From: an uncultured Eubacteriales bacterium
GTDB taxonomy: Bacteria; Bacillota; Clostridia; Oscillospirales; CAG-272
DNA: 64,000 nucleotides
NCBI GenBank assembly: GCA_934447715.1
Contig: CAKSER010000003.1
Coordinates: 42,307-106,306 of the forward strand
Direction: 5' to 3'
Shown here: positions 62,146-64,000 of the stretch, piece by piece
How the letters are laid out: the number at the start of each line of letters is the position of its first letter
How positions within the stretch are numbered: the first letter of the stretch is position 1
The notes under the pieces: generated by a model
Databases searched by the model: none
Seen by the model: the letters and a program-made list of their open reading frames with translations, nothing else
What the model was told of the DNA's origin: nothing
Made by a program: the position numbers and the translations under genes

Positions 62146-63378
62146 ATGACCGATAATAAAATTGCAAACAGCCTCGGACTGTACCTTCATATTCCGTTTT
62201 GCAAAAGCAAATGCCCGTACTGCGATTTTTACTCGCTCGACCGCATAAAGGACGGCGAGCCGGAGCGCACCGAGCTTATGGAGAGATACGCCGATGCACT
62301 TATGCTCCATATGGAGGATTACAGCACAAGCGCGCAGAACAGGGATATCGACACGGTGTATTTCGGCGGAGGAACCCCGACGGTGCTTCCGGGAACGCTT
62401 ATGCTCGACATTTTAGGCAGCGTCATGACAAATTTCAACGTGACAGACGATGCCGAGATCACGGTTGAGATGAATCCGGCTACCGTTTCGCTCAAGGAGC
62501 TGAAAAAGCTTGTAAAGGCAGGGGTGAACCGTGTCAGCATCGGAATGCAGAGCGCAAACGACGACGAGCTTAAAAAGCTCGGAAGAATCCACACCTTTGA
62601 GGACTTTAGGCGCGCCTTTGAGGATGCAAGGGCTGCCGGAATCGAAAATATCAATGTCGACGTGATGTACGGAATTCCGGATCAGACCGAAGAAAGCCTG
62701 AAAAATACGCTCGAAAAGGTGTTCGAGCTTGACCCGGAGCACATCTCGCTTTACGGGCTGAAGATCGAGGAGGGAACCCCGTTTGACAAGCAGAAGGACG
62801 CCCTCTGCCTGCCGGACGAGGACACCGAATATAAAATGTATGTGGATTCTGTACAGCTTTTAAGCGACCACGGCTACGATCAGTACGAAATAAGCAACTT
62901 TTCAAAAAATGGCTATGAATGCAGACACAATATCCGCTATTGGAACTGCGAGGAATATATCGGTTTCGGCCCCGGAGCGCATTCCTACTATAACGGACAC
63001 AGATTCTCCTTTAAAAAGGATCTCATGCTTTATATAACCGAGCTTGAGAGTGCAGGCATAACAGGCGAAAAGGGAGGAATTGTCGACGAGGATTACGAAA
63101 TCGACATGTCAAACCGCATAGGCGAATATGTAATGCTTCGTATGCGGATGAACGAGGGAGTAAACACCGACGACTTTGCCGAAAAGTTCGGTCTTGACTT
63201 TGAAAAGACCTTCGGAAAGTATCTTAAGAGCTATGTGGAAGCCGGCTTTATGATCCATAAGGGAAAGAACTATGCCTTTACGGTTGCCGGGAAGTATGTT
63301 TCAAACTATATCCTTTCGGCAATGATAGATTTCGATTCGGATATCGTAAGCGGAGTAGCCGACGGCTCCGACAGTTGA
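62146..63378 (+). CDS. hemW: radical SAM family heme chaperone HemW
   Basis: 410 aa. LYLHIPFCKSKCPYCDFYS, plus the HemN C-terminal domain. Confidence 0.9.
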   Translation: MTDNKIANSLGLYLHIPFCKSKCPYCDFYSLDRIKDGEPERTELMERYADALMLHMEDYSTSAQNRDIDTVYFGGGTPTVLPGTLMLDILGSVMTNFNVTDDAEITVEMNPATVSLKELKKLVKAGVNRVSIGMQSANDDELKKLGRIHTFEDFRRAFEDARAAGIENINVDVMYGIPDQTEESLKNTLEKVFELDPEHISLYGLKIEEGTPFDKQKDALCLPDEDTEYKMYVDSVQLLSDHGYDQYEISNFSKNGYECRHNIRYWNCEEYIGFGPGAHSYYNGHRFSFKKDLMLYITELESAGITGEKGGIVDEDYEIDMSNRIGEYVMLRMRMNEGVNTDDFAEKFGLDFEKTFGKYLKSYVEAGFMIHKGKNYAFTVAGKYVSNYILSAMIDFDSDIVSGVADGSDS

Positions 63379-63418
63379 AGGAGGCAAGGGCTGAGCCGAG
63401 ACTGCCCGGAAGTGGCAG

Positions 63419-64000
63419 CTAAGAGTCAAAAACGCCGCATTCGAACAGATTTTTTAAAAGGACCGCAAGCAGAGGAAAGAGAATAATCCCCGACGGCCCG
63501 ATAAGCTCCGCGCCCAGATATATCGAAAAGAGCGACAGAAGAGGAGAAATCCCGGTTCTTTTGCTTACAAGCTTCGGCTCTGCAATCCTGTGCACCGTAA
63601 AGATCACGAAAAAAAGAATTAGCAGCCCGAGCCCGAGACAGGTGCTTTGGCGCAGGAAAAGAATCAGCGCCCACGGGACAAGAACCGTTCCGACCCCGAG
63701 CACCGGCAGAATGTCGATTACCGCAATCAAAAACGCAAGAGTGAGCGGATAGGGAAGCTTTAAAATCAGAAATCCGATAAAAAGCTGAAAAAAGGTGATC
63801 GAAAAAAGGACAAGCTGCGCCAAAATCAGCCCCCTGCAGCCGCTCAGCGTCCTTGCGACCGCCTTTTGTATTCCGGGGCGTAATTCCGACGGGAGCAGAC
63901 TGCAAAAAAAGCGGTTTACCTCCTTCAGCTCCGCACACATGTAAAAAAGAGCAACGGTAAATATCAAAAGGGAAATGACCGTGCCGGGAATAGAGAAGAT
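63419..64000 (-). CDS. AI-2E family transporter / sporulation integral membrane protein YtvI-like, C-terminal part only (start lies beyond the right edge)
   Basis: LPYPLTLAFLIAVIDILPVLGVGTVLVPWALILF is the conserved AI-2E (UPF0118) C-terminal core. The frame stays open to base 64000. Confidence 0.7.
   Translation of the reverse strand: MFSIPGTVISLLIFTVALFYMCAELKEVNRFFCSLLPSELRPGIQKAVARTLSGCRGLILAQLVLFSITFFQLFIGFLILKLPYPLTLAFLIAVIDILPVLGVGTVLVPWALILFLRQSTCLGLGLLILFFVIFTVHRIAEPKLVSKRTGISPLLSLFSIYLGAELIGPSGIILFPLLAVLLKNLFECGVFDS

Noticed and set aside
1-64000. Search by eye for tRNA, rRNA, tmRNA, IS elements, integrases, prophage or toxin-antitoxin modules
   Set aside because: I saw no cloverleaf-like conserved T-loop contexts, rRNA-like segments, transposase or integrase ORFs, or terminal inverted repeats. 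All long ORFs are accounted for. A tRNAscan, Infernal or ISfinder run would be needed to be certain.

Overview
This is a 64-kb chromosomal segment at roughly 50 % GC by eye, from an anaerobic, spore-forming Firmicute. The gene content looks like Clostridia (Oscillospiraceae/Ruminococcaceae type), but I cannot name the organism. I support about 55 CDS. Most are housekeeping: phosphohexomutase, htpG, alr, aroQ, mltG, gap, xpt, rplJ-rplL, comEC, pgsA, rimO, rqcH, efp, wecB, recQ, clpC, hemW. Oxidative-stress genes are present (a Fur/PerR-like regulator, reverse rubrerythrin, a flavodiiron protein), as are sporulation and germination genes (a SleC-like cluster, an M50 protease, YtvI). Many starts in the supplied ORF track are over-extended to upstream TTG or GTG codons; I re-set them where a Shine-Dalgarno sequence plus a family-typical N-terminus supports a later start. 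Two edge-truncated genes are missing from the track: 1-1467 (-) and 63419-64000 (-). I saw no rRNA, tRNA, CRISPR array, transposase, integrase or phage genes, though I cannot run a tRNA or Rfam scan. The most unusual feature is a promoter-driven array of 3.5 tandem ~110-nt structured repeats (34769-35215). It fills the leader of an operon whose first gene is a 2-oxoacid-dehydrogenase E2-like acyltransferase with its catalytic His replaced by Glu. One hairpin in the repeats shows a compensatory base-pair change between copies. Other points worth a second look: a SleC-like cortex lytic enzyme split into separate pro-region and catalytic genes; three tandem CAP-domain lipoprotein paralogs with mosaic identity and a Cys-rich EGYTGD motif; a 1062-aa two-block MORN-repeat protein; a degenerate prephenate-dehydratase/ACT-like gene abutting the htpG stop codon; and recurrent short degenerate tandem duplications next to stop codons and in leaders. 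All functional calls rest on motif recognition from memory, not on database searches.
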